A stretch of DNA of 64,000 nt from Flavobacteriales bacterium (GTDB lineage Bacteria; Bacteroidota; Bacteroidia; Flavobacteriales_C; GCA-002722245). Positions 9,200 through 17,704 of the stretch are shown here, piece by piece. The translations under genes were made by a program, and so were the position numbers. The DNA lies in NCBI GenBank assembly GCA_038154685.1, contig JAYPYW010000002.1, positions 51,070 to 115,069 on the forward strand, given 5' to 3'. The notes beneath the pieces were generated by a model. That model was given only the letters and a program-made list of their open reading frames with translations, did no database searches and was not told the origin of the DNA. The first letter of the stretch is position 1; every line of letters begins with the position of its first letter.

Positions 9200-10537
9200 T
9201 TGGAGGACCCCGATAGTTTTAGTTTAGGATTAAATTTTCTTGCACAAGTTGTGCCTTCAATCTCCATTAATTGGATTTACATTGGAGGAATGATAATTGG
9301 CATGTTGCTTTTGCTCGCAGCATCGGCTTTTATTTCGGCCTCGGAGGTAGCCTTTTTTTCACTCGAAAAAATAGACATTGAAGAACTTGATGCAGAAGAT
9401 GCTTCTAAGGCTGGCCAGATTAAGCAAATCTTAAGTGAACCAGACAGGCTTTTAGCCACAATCCTTATTGTAAACAACACAGTGAATATTGGATTAGTTT
9501 TACTGTCGACTGTTTTCATGGATAAACTTCAGGTTTATTTTGAGGCCCCAGAGTGGGCATTATTTTTAATTCAAGTTGTTGGAATTACTGCCTTAATTTT
9601 AATATTCGGTGAAATAATTCCGAAGGTTTATGCTACGCAAAAGCGTAAAAGTCTATCAAGAATGATGGCAGGATACATCCAATTTTTTGGAAAACTATCC
9701 TATTTTCCGGCTAAAGCTTTAGCAGGGATTTCTAAACTATTTGATGATCGAATTAAAACCGAAAACAAGAATTTAAGCGTAGACGAATTATCTGAGGTAC
9801 ATGAAATTGTGCAGAACAAAGCAAGCAAGCAGGAGCAAAAAATGCTTGATGGAATCTTAGAAATCGGTCAAACTGAGGCAAAACAAGTTATGGTTCCACG
9901 AATGGACATGACTGCTATTTCAGTGGATGCTAGCTATTCAGATCTGCTAAAAATTATTAATGAAGAAGGTGTATCAAGAATTCCTGTTTTTGAAGAATCG
10001 ATTGATAAAATTAAAGGTGTTCTTTATATCAAGGATCTTATTCCTACCCTAAATGATAATCTTACTGAGTTTGATTGGCAAAAACTAATTCGTCAACCTT
10101 ATTTTGTGCCAGAAACCAAAAAGCTAGATGACCTTCTTGCTGAATTTCAAAATAAGAAAATCCATCTTGCTTTAGTAGTTGATGAATATGGGGGTGTTGA
10201 AGGACTTGTAACCTTAGAAGATATCATTGAGGAAATTGTTGGAGATATTAAGGATGAATTTGATAATGACGAAGAAATGGAATACTCCATTTTAGGTGAT
10301 GGAAAATACATTTTTAATGGAAAAGTTCCTTTACTAGACGTTTATAGAGTTTTAGATGTTGAAGGAGAGAAATTTGATGAAATTAAAGGGGAAGCAGAAA
10401 CTATTGCAGGGTTGATTTTAGAAATAAAAGGCGGTTTCCCTAAGAAGGGTGAAATAATAAAACTAGAGAATTACGAGTTTACTATTGAACATGTAGATAA
10501 ACGTAGAATACACAGAATAAAATTAGAGGTTAAATGA
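9200..10537 (+). CDS. gldE: Gliding-motility protein GldE (CNNM/CorC-HlyC family: DUF21 membrane domain, two CBS domains, CorC_HlyC)
   Basis: 445 aa. N-terminal multi-transmembrane DUF21 region, CBS pair (...GQTEAKQVMVPRMDMTAISVD... LALVVDEYGGVEGLVTLEDIIEEIVGDI), and C-terminal transporter-associated domain. Placement directly after ssb and before gldD matches the conserved flavobacterial gld locus. The true start may be the internal Met near 9290. Confidence 0.65.
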   Translation: MEDPDSFSLGLNFLAQVVPSISINWIYIGGMIIGMLLLLAASAFISASEVAFFSLEKIDIEELDAEDASKAGQIKQILSEPDRLLATILIVNNTVNIGLVLLSTVFMDKLQVYFEAPEWALFLIQVVGITALILIFGEIIPKVYATQKRKSLSRMMAGYIQFFGKLSYFPAKALAGISKLFDDRIKTENKNLSVDELSEVHEIVQNKASKQEQKMLDGILEIGQTEAKQVMVPRMDMTAISVDASYSDLLKIINEEGVSRIPVFEESIDKIKGVLYIKDLIPTLNDNLTEFDWQKLIRQPYFVPETKKLDDLLAEFQNKKIHLALVVDEYGGVEGLVTLEDIIEEIVGDIKDEFDNDEEMEYSILGDGKYIFNGKVPLLDVYRVLDVEGEKFDEIKGEAETIAGLILEIKGGFPKKGEIIKLENYEFTIEHVDKRRIHRIKLEVK

Positions 10538-11097
10538 TAAGGTTAATATTTGCTTTCACAATTAGTACTTTAATTCTATCTAGTTGCTCAGACGACCCAA
10601 TGCCAAAGCCACATGGGTATCCTAGATTAGATATTCCTGAAAAAGGATATAGTTTATGGCAAAGTGATTGTTCGTTTGAATTTAAAAAACCAAATGCAGC
10701 TGCTATAGAATATCCTGGAGATGATTCTTGTTTCTTTAACATTTCCTACCCAATGCTTAATGCCAAATTGCATTGCTCTTATTTTGCTGTAAATGGGCAT
10801 TTAAAGGATATTATAGATCAGGAGTACAAATTAAGGGAAAAGCACAACCAATTTTCCACAAGTGTTCAAGAAAGAGTTTATCATAACGATGATAAGAAGG
10901 TAAACGCACTTTTATTCAACATATCAGGAACACAAGCGGCAACCCCTTTACAATTTTTTATTACCGACAGTGTGAATCACTTCTTCAGGGGAACCCTATA
11001 TTTTAATACCACTCCTAATAATGATTCGTTGGCTCCAGCAATTAATTTTATAAGAGCCGATGTAGATACTTTAGTAGAAACTTTCAACTGGAATTAA
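10534..11097 (+). CDS. gldD: Gliding-motility lipoprotein GldD
   Basis: 187 aa. The start overlaps the gldE stop (ATGA). Signal peptide plus lipobox (ILSSCSDD). Size and position match GldD. Confidence 0.5.
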   Translation: MIRLIFAFTISTLILSSCSDDPMPKPHGYPRLDIPEKGYSLWQSDCSFEFKKPNAAAIEYPGDDSCFFNISYPMLNAKLHCSYFAVNGHLKDIIDQEYKLREKHNQFSTSVQERVYHNDDKKVNALLFNISGTQAATPLQFFITDSVNHFFRGTLYFNTTPNNDSLAPAINFIRADVDTLVETFNWN

Positions 11098-13040
11098 AAT
11101 CGCTTAGGGATCTTTATAAGGAATGTAGACCCAGATTCTCCATCTGATTCTACCCAAATCTCTCCTCCTAATTGATTAACTAACTTCTTAGTAACTGTTA
11201 ATCCAATACCTTTTGAAGTATCCTCCTTCCAATCATTTAATACTTGAAACAATTCGAAGATTTTTTCATGGTATTCTTTCTTTATTCCAGGTCCGTTATC
11301 CTTCACTTTGAAAACATAATCGAAAGCTTTCTCCTCTACACTTACAGAAATTTTCTTTTCCTCATCTGGAGAGAAAGAAACAGCGTTGTCAATTAAGTGA
11401 CCAAAAATTTGTTTAAACTTCGATCGTTTACTCTTTATAGTTGGCCAATCACCCTCCACAGTAATCGGAGTGTCAAACTTTTTAGTAAGACCTGTAATTA
11501 CTTCGCCAGTATTGAATAATTTGTTCTCTTCATCCTCATTTACATTTGAAAAGTGTAATAAACTATCTGCTAAACTGCTTATAATATGAGCTTTGGATTT
11601 AATCTTATTTAAATAATTATCTAACTCTTCTGATAAATTATCTCCAAGGTCATCCTTAATAAAATCTGCTAGCGTACTTATTCCTCTTAGGGGTGTTTTT
11701 AAATCATGCGAGAAAACCTTTGTATATTTTTTGTTGTCTCCAAGAGCTAATCTCAAACTTTCTTCAATTTCTACCTTTTTCGTAATATCAAATCTTATGG
11801 CAATATACCTATCGGGTTTACCTTGGGAATTTAATAATGGTACTACATGTGTATCAACCCAATAAAAAGATCCATCCTTTGCTCTATTCTTAACTTCACC
11901 TCTCCATATATATCCTCTTCCAATAGTAGCCCACATATTTTTAAAGAACTCTTTTGGGTGGTGACCACTATTTAAGATTCTATGATCTTGTCCTAATAAT
12001 TCACTTGGTGCATATTTAGACAATTCACAAAACTTATCATTTACTCTTCTAATTATTCCTTTTGTATCCGTAATTGCAACAATTGCAGTCTCATCAATAG
12101 CATTGTATATTGCCGCTAGGTTTCTTTCTAGTTCTTCATTTTCTTTACCACTAACTCTTAATTGGTCTTCGGTATACTTTCTTGAAGTTATATCAAATCG
12201 AATAGCAACATACTTTTGAGGCTTTCCATTTCTTGATAAAAGTGGAACGATATGGGTATCTACCCAATAAAAATTTCCGTCTCTTGCTTTGTTTTTTACC
12301 TCAGCCTGCCAAATTTGACCTCTACCAATGGTTGCCCACATGTTTTTAAAGAAATCTTTATCATGATATCCACTGTTTAATATTCTGTGATCCTGACCAA
12401 TTAATTCTTCTCTTGAGTATTTAGATATCTCACAGAATTTATCATTAACCTTTTCGATAATTCCTTTTTCGTTGGTGATAGCAACTATAGCAGTTTCATC
12501 TAGAGCTCTAGTTATATCTTGGAGGTTTTTAGATAAGTTTTCGTTTTCTATCGCGCTTTCCCTTAATAACTTTTCTGTTTCTTTTCTTGATGTGATATCA
12601 AACCTTATCGCAACGTATTTTTCAGGCTTTCCCTTCTCGTTCAAAAAAGGAACAATCTTAGTGTCTACCCAATAAAAACTCCCGTCTTTTGCCTTATTCT
12701 TTACTTCTGCTTGCCAAGGTTTCCCTTCTCCAATGGTAGACCACATATTTTTGAAAAAATCCTTTTCATGGTAACCACTATTTAAAATCCTATGATCTTG
12801 TCCAATTAATTCTTCTCTCGCATACTTAGATATCTCACAGAATTTATCGTTTACCTCGAGTATTTTCCCTTTGGAATCTGTAATGGCTACTATGGCAGTT
12901 TTATCTAACGCCCCTTTAACATCATGTAGCTCCTTCTCAATTGGATTTTGCTTAAGTTTTTGTTTTTTAATGGCAATAAAGTACCCTATGCAAAAAGCAA
13001 TTAAGCCAACTATAACAGATGAAATTAAAATAGAATCCAT
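11094..13040 (-). CDS. Membrane-anchored sensor histidine kinase with three tandem PAS domains
   Basis: One N-terminal TM helix, three PAS units, HisKA (FSHDLKTPLRG), and HATPase_c (DNGPGI...GIGLTV...GGEIWVESDGESGSTF). No response-regulator gene is adjacent. Confidence 0.8.
   Translation of the reverse strand: MDSILISSVIVGLIAFCIGYFIAIKKQKLKQNPIEKELHDVKGALDKTAIVAITDSKGKILEVNDKFCEISKYAREELIGQDHRILNSGYHEKDFFKNMWSTIGEGKPWQAEVKNKAKDGSFYWVDTKIVPFLNEKGKPEKYVAIRFDITSRKETEKLLRESAIENENLSKNLQDITRALDETAIVAITNEKGIIEKVNDKFCEISKYSREELIGQDHRILNSGYHDKDFFKNMWATIGRGQIWQAEVKNKARDGNFYWVDTHIVPLLSRNGKPQKYVAIRFDITSRKYTEDQLRVSGKENEELERNLAAIYNAIDETAIVAITDTKGIIRRVNDKFCELSKYAPSELLGQDHRILNSGHHPKEFFKNMWATIGRGYIWRGEVKNRAKDGSFYWVDTHVVPLLNSQGKPDRYIAIRFDITKKVEIEESLRLALGDNKKYTKVFSHDLKTPLRGISTLADFIKDDLGDNLSEELDNYLNKIKSKAHIISSLADSLLHFSNVNEDEENKLFNTGEVITGLTKKFDTPITVEGDWPTIKSKRSKFKQIFGHLIDNAVSFSPDEEKKISVSVEEKAFDYVFKVKDNGPGIKKEYHEKIFELFQVLNDWKEDTSKGIGLTVTKKLVNQLGGEIWVESDGESGSTFLIKIPKRF
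11763..12899 (-). repeat. Three near-identical tandem in-frame repeat units of about 399 bp encoding the PAS domains of the histidine kinase
   Basis: Protein units of about 133 aa recur with about 80% identity (ETAIVAIT(D/N)(S/E/T)KG(K/I)I..VNDKFCE(I/L)SKY..(E/S)EL(I/L)GQDHRILNSG(Y/H)H.K(D/E)FFKNMW(S/A)TIG.G..W..EVKN(K/R)A(K/R)DG(S/N)FYWVDT..VP.L...GKP..Y(V/I)AIRFDIT). Confidence 0.7.
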
Positions 13041-13075
13041 TGACGAAGGGGTTCTACGCCCAAAAAGTCGAAAAG

Positions 13076-14122
13076 TTATTCGAAAGGATCACTAAATTTT
13101 TTATTGTTTAAAAACGACGTGTCGGTTAAGGTTTTTAAGAAAGCTACCAACTGCATTTTTTCCAACTCTGTAAACCTAAATCCTCCATGATCATTTGGTA
13201 ATAAACCATCAACCGTTGGGGATGTTTTTATACTATCACTATAAAAGTTCATTACTTCTTCCAGAGTAGCGAACCTTCCATCATGCATATATGGACCAGA
13301 GACCTCGATATTTCTTAAAGTTGGAATTCTAAACTTTCCTCTGTCCGATTCATCTCCTGTAACCCCCATATACCCCTCTTTAGGAGATTCATCTAGCCCA
13401 TTGTTGCTTAATCTATTACTCATAAACAAGGGAGGTACATGACAATGAAAACATTCTGCGTCTTCCGTTAAAAACAAATTATATCCTTCTATTTCTAAAG
13501 CATTTAAAGTTCCTTCTCCTCTTTGAAATTTATCGAATTTTGAATTATTAGAAATCAATGAACGTTCAAATTGGGCAATAGCTTTAACCACCAATGATCG
13601 AGTAATATTTGTTTCACCAAAAGCATTTAAAAATTCAGCTGGATAGGTTGGATGACCGTTCAGCCTTTCAAGAGCTTCACTCCATTCCAAATTCATTTCA
13701 ATTGGATTGTGCACAGGTTCTACAGCTTGATCTTCTAAACTTTCGGCTCTTCCGTCCCAAAATGCGGATGTTTGCCAACCAGCATTTACTATTGTTGAAG
13801 CGTTTATATCACCTGCAATTCCATCTATTCCTACACTAAATCTTTTATCATCTGAAAAACCTCTGGATTGATGATGACAGCTTGAGCAAGATTGGGTTTC
13901 ATCGCCCGATAAAATTGGATCGTAAAACAGCTTTCTTCCTAATTGTATTCCTTCGGTTGATGTCTCGTTATCCGACGGAATTACCATCTGAGGAAATCCT
14001 TTTGTAGTCAACTCCGCATGTGTATGCGTGTGACCATCACCATCGATTGGATCAATAACAACTTTATCCCTGCAACCCAGGAAAGTTAAAATTGTTAATA
14101 CTTGAAAAACCAATCTTTTCAT
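13076..14122 (-). CDS. Di-haem cytochrome c peroxidase (bacterial CCP/MauG/MbnH family)
   Basis: Signal peptide, then two CxxCH haem-binding sites (CSSCHH and CFHCHV) spaced as in bacterial di-haem peroxidases. Length is 348 aa. Confidence 0.75.
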   Translation of the reverse strand: MKRLVFQVLTILTFLGCRDKVVIDPIDGDGHTHTHAELTTKGFPQMVIPSDNETSTEGIQLGRKLFYDPILSGDETQSCSSCHHQSRGFSDDKRFSVGIDGIAGDINASTIVNAGWQTSAFWDGRAESLEDQAVEPVHNPIEMNLEWSEALERLNGHPTYPAEFLNAFGETNITRSLVVKAIAQFERSLISNNSKFDKFQRGEGTLNALEIEGYNLFLTEDAECFHCHVPPLFMSNRLSNNGLDESPKEGYMGVTGDESDRGKFRIPTLRNIEVSGPYMHDGRFATLEEVMNFYSDSIKTSPTVDGLLPNDHGGFRFTELEKMQLVAFLKTLTDTSFLNNKKFSDPFE

Positions 14123-14140
14123 AAAGAATAAATAAAATAT

Positions 14141-14884
14141 CTACTCAATTGAAACGGAAAAAACAGAGGCCCCATTTGCCCTAAGAAGGTTTTGCACATC
14201 CAAATTCATCATAATAGCAGGACCAAACTCAGCAAAATCAAAGGTGTTTGGTGTTACCAACCACTGATTCAAATCCATACTAATAACTAGGTTTATGCCG
14301 TCCTCATCCATCGTAAAAGCTGAATTTGGAAAAGTAACGTCGAACGAAAGGTCATTAGCCATTGTCCCTCCCGTGTGTAAATTAAAAGGATTATTAATTA
14401 ATGGGTCTCCTATTGAATCATATGTTCCTTCAAATTTCATGTAATGATATCCTCCTCCCATTATGCCATCTGGCCAAGCCATGTCTATTTCCTCAGGAGA
14501 GGATAAAGTATTTGATAAATTTTGAGTAGAATCGATTCCAAATGTTAAACCTACAGAGGTATAAACACCTTCTTCTAACTGAACCAAATCAGACTTGGAT
14601 AAAAAAGTTGGATTTTCAGCGTTTACATAAATCGGTTGTGAAACAACTATTTCTTCTCCGTCCGATTTTTTGAAGGTAAGATTACTAATGAAGTACTCCA
14701 GGTTTCTTACTTCGTAAACATGTCCTTGACTAGTGCTGTATTTTTTATTGTCGAATTGTAACTCCTCGACTCCTACAGTATGCTTAAACGATAAATTTAC
14801 AGACCCTTTTTTATTAGATTCTTCCTTTTTACAGGATGCAAAAATAATGGCCGAAGCCATTATTAAGATTATACTTTTTCTCAT
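14141..14884 (-). CDS. Lipoprotein, possibly an MbnP-like copper-binding partner of the adjacent peroxidase
   Basis: Lipobox (IFASCKKEE). About 250 aa. It sits immediately upstream of, and is co-oriented with, the di-haem peroxidase, as in MbnP/MbnH pairs. It has conserved aromatic and His blocks (MAWPDGIMGGGYHYMKFEG). The family assignment is from memory, not a search. Confidence 0.35.
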   Translation of the reverse strand: MRKSIILIMASAIIFASCKKEESNKKGSVNLSFKHTVGVEELQFDNKKYSTSQGHVYEVRNLEYFISNLTFKKSDGEEIVVSQPIYVNAENPTFLSKSDLVQLEEGVYTSVGLTFGIDSTQNLSNTLSSPEEIDMAWPDGIMGGGYHYMKFEGTYDSIGDPLINNPFNLHTGGTMANDLSFDVTFPNSAFTMDEDGINLVISMDLNQWLVTPNTFDFAEFGPAIMMNLDVQNLLRANGASVFSVSIE

Positions 14885-14939
14885 ATCGATCTTATTCTCA
14901 AAACAAGACTCTTAAAATAGTGATTTCTCTTGGAAGAGC

Positions 14940-15815
14940 TTATAAATTCTTGATGGAAGAAAGGAGCGCCGCTTCAGAAACCGTATTGAAATCAATATCT
15001 ATTTCCAACCCTGCAGTTACCAAAATTTCCTTTTTAAACAACAAGAATTCTCCCTTTGAATTTTTAGCCATTGCTAATATAGTTCCCGATTTTCCTCCTG
15101 GAACATTGGGTATAACTAGATTACTCCCTTGTAATAAAGCATGCTCATCTTTTGAAGCGAAAAACAATTTAATATGTTCTCCACCACTACCTTCAACTTT
15201 AAAATTGATGTTGGTAGTAGCTTCATATGATGTCTTTTTACCAATATTTTGCCAACCCAATTTCCCAGTAACTACTTCATATTTATCAGTCACCCTTATG
15301 GCAGAACCATCAGTTGATAATAACCAATCTCCATATTTATCTCCTGGGTGCTCTCCATGGTAAACTTTCATACCTGCTTGAGGTGGAGTAGTTGATAATT
15401 TGAACGGATACTGTGCAGCTGGTTTTAAAACTAATTCATTACCATCATGACAAGCTCTGATTTTTACTTCTCCAGCAGACTCAAGAGTTTCATCTGAAGC
15501 AACTGTTGGCATTTCATAAAGTACCATATCTCCATAAGTATATAATTCGATCAGCTTAATAGAATAAGGCAGAGGAACTGTATCTCCACTAGGGTATTGA
15601 AGAATGTTTCTGAAACCATATAACTCGGTACCCTGGACCCCAACTATTGGTGCATCTCCAGAATCAGATGTGATGATAAATTCCTGCTCTTGCGGTTTAT
15701 GTTCTGTGAAGAATTCATCCATTGGTTCGAAATTAGCATCTTCATCTATCCTATCCTTATTACAGCTTGTTAATGCCATTACTGCTGCGCAGAAAATTAT
15801 TGAAAGATTTTTCAT
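14940..15815 (-). CDS. Hypothetical lipoprotein. The likely start is the internal Met giving MKNLSIIFCAAVMALTSCNKD.
   Basis: The ORF-track start at 15857 overlaps the upstream gene. The Met at 15815 gives a canonical signal peptide plus lipobox. I recognise no family. Confidence 0.4.
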   Translation of the reverse strand: MKNLSIIFCAAVMALTSCNKDRIDEDANFEPMDEFFTEHKPQEQEFIITSDSGDAPIVGVQGTELYGFRNILQYPSGDTVPLPYSIKLIELYTYGDMVLYEMPTVASDETLESAGEVKIRACHDGNELVLKPAAQYPFKLSTTPPQAGMKVYHGEHPGDKYGDWLLSTDGSAIRVTDKYEVVTGKLGWQNIGKKTSYEATTNINFKVEGSGGEHIKLFFASKDEHALLQGSNLVIPNVPGGKSGTILAMAKNSKGEFLLFKKEILVTAGLEIDIDFNTVSEAALLSSIKNL

Positions 15816-15838
15816 TATGTTTAATTTTGCCTTGTTAA

Positions 15839-16372
15839 TTAATTGTAAGCCGGACACTTATAGCCGTCACGTCCTCGTTCTCCGCTCCCGCCACAACTGT
15901 TGAAATAGACGTTAAATCCTAACCTGAGGTTGCTTTCCCACCATTTTGTATTAGCTCGGTATTCCAAAAACGGGCGAATACAACCAAAATTCTTTACTAT
16001 TCCTCCCCCCATTTCAGCCGAAAAATTGGCTCTTTGAGCCTTACTATAATTGGAAGATGCGAAATTAGACCAATGATTATAGTATGGACCAGCGGCAGCA
16101 TAGATTCCCCATTTTGTATACGGTAAAAAATTATAGTTTAAATTGGCGCCGAAATAGTATTCTGAAACCTGGTTCCATCCAGGGTAATTGGAAACTTGTG
16201 GTGAAACAAACCATCTGTCGGCAATATGAACGTGTGATCTTAAACCTATTCCAATTCCATTTATCGGGACATTATAAATTACCTCCGGGCCCACCCCCCA
16301 TTCTTTAATTAATTGAGCTTTTGCGCTAAGGCTTAGCATCAAAAAAATCAGGATATAAACTACATTTTTCAA
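15839..16372 (-). CDS. Small outer-membrane beta-barrel protein (OmpW/OmpA-like 8-strand barrel family)
   Basis: Signal peptide MKNVVYILIFLMLSLSAKAQ. Alternating aromatic/hydrophobic beta-strands. The C-terminus ends ...LRLGFNVYF, with a terminal aromatic residue. Confidence 0.45.
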   Translation of the reverse strand: MKNVVYILIFLMLSLSAKAQLIKEWGVGPEVIYNVPINGIGIGLRSHVHIADRWFVSPQVSNYPGWNQVSEYYFGANLNYNFLPYTKWGIYAAAGPYYNHWSNFASSNYSKAQRANFSAEMGGGIVKNFGCIRPFLEYRANTKWWESNLRLGFNVYFNSCGGSGERGRDGYKCPAYN

Positions 16373-16466
16373 TATCTAGTTTCTTTTAAACAAAGCTAGA
16401 AATCAAATAAAATGCCAGAATGATAATTATTGAAAATTATTAACAGAATACAGGTTAGGATATTAA

Positions 16467-17582
16467 TTATGCTCTTCCTAACTGCTTCAACATCTTCATG
16501 TGATTCCACAAAGCAGATCGGAATGTTGGCTCATTATGATAAGGCAAGTTAAATTCTTCTGCAGTCTTTTTAACAATCTTGCTTATGTCCGTGTAATGAA
16601 TGTGGCAAATATTGGGAAAAAGATGATGTTCCACTTGATGATTTAACCCACCAACAAACCAAGTAAAAGGCTTATTTGTTGTAGCAAAATTTACAGTATT
16701 TAAAACCTGATGACTTGCCCAATCTCTAGGTATTTGCTCCCCACCCTTTGCGTTGGAAAAATCAGAAACCTCCATAACATGAGCTGGTTGGAAAATAGCA
16801 CTTAATAGCAAACCAGCAACAAAGTGCATTAACAAGAAATTTAAAATCACTGCAGTTACCGAAGCCTCTGTTAACCAAATAGGTAATACGATCATGTATA
16901 CAAAATAACCTATTCTGAGTAAAAGTGTTTTAAAAAAGTGAAAAGCAAAAGAGTATTTGGAAGAGGACTTAATTAATCCCATTTTTTTGTACCTAAGCAA
17001 AGAATCAAAATCAGCATAAAAGGCCCAGTTAAGGGTTAACAATCCATAAAAGAACCAAGCGTAAATGTGCTGAAATCTATGAATCCCAATTCTCTTTTTA
17101 GTTGGTGAAAACCTTAAAAAGAAAGGACTATTAATATCTTCATCAAACTCTTCAATATTGGTGTAGGTGTGATGTAAAACGTTGTGCTGAATTTTCCAGT
17201 TTATCGAAGCGCCTCCAACAAGGTTAATTACTTCCCCTAAAATCAAATTAAGTGTTTTGTTCTTTGAATAGGAACCATGAATCGCATCGTGCATTATGCT
17301 CAATCCAATTCCTGCCATAAAAAAACCCATGATCACCCACATTCCTGAGTAAATCCAATTATTTTGAATATCTCCGAAAAGAATGAAGAAATAAGGAGTT
17401 AAATAACATGCCACCATGAAGAAAGTTTTGAAGTACATACTGAAGTTTCCAGATCTGCTTTTCTTCGTTTCCTTGAAATACTCATCTACTCTAGACTTTA
17501 AGGTTTTAAAGAAATCTGTAGATTTTGTGTCGTATTTCGGTGGTATAAAGGTCATAAAAATGATTTCCACAAAGATACGCAT
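16467..17582 (-). CDS. Membrane fatty-acid desaturase
   Basis: Three His boxes: HDAIHGS, HNVLHH(TYTN), and HQVEHHLFP. Multiple TM helices. Confidence 0.8.
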   Translation of the reverse strand: MRIFVEIIFMTFIPPKYDTKSTDFFKTLKSRVDEYFKETKKSRSGNFSMYFKTFFMVACYLTPYFFILFGDIQNNWIYSGMWVIMGFFMAGIGLSIMHDAIHGSYSKNKTLNLILGEVINLVGGASINWKIQHNVLHHTYTNIEEFDEDINSPFFLRFSPTKKRIGIHRFQHIYAWFFYGLLTLNWAFYADFDSLLRYKKMGLIKSSSKYSFAFHFFKTLLLRIGYFVYMIVLPIWLTEASVTAVILNFLLMHFVAGLLLSAIFQPAHVMEVSDFSNAKGGEQIPRDWASHQVLNTVNFATTNKPFTWFVGGLNHQVEHHLFPNICHIHYTDISKIVKKTAEEFNLPYHNEPTFRSALWNHMKMLKQLGRA

Positions 17583-17704
17583 TTAATGCCCCTTTTCGCT
17601 GCATTAGTTTTATCAAAGGCTGATTTTTTAGATTAATTAATCAATTAAGGGGTCCAAGGAAGGAAATTTGAAACTTTTTACGGGAATAACTGTAGAATAA
17701 CTCA

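Noticed and set aside
11763-12899. Possible CRISPR-like or satellite tandem array
   Set aside because: The ~399-bp repeats are in-frame and encode complete PAS domains of one histidine kinase. There are no short direct repeats with unique spacers and no cas genes. This is not a CRISPR array.
17641-17670. SRP (4.5S) RNA-like motif 'ggtccaaggaaggaa'
   Set aside because: It only partially resembles the conserved GUCCGGAAGGAAGCAGC of SRP RNA domain IV and lacks the flanking helix. This is probably chance similarity in a promoter region.
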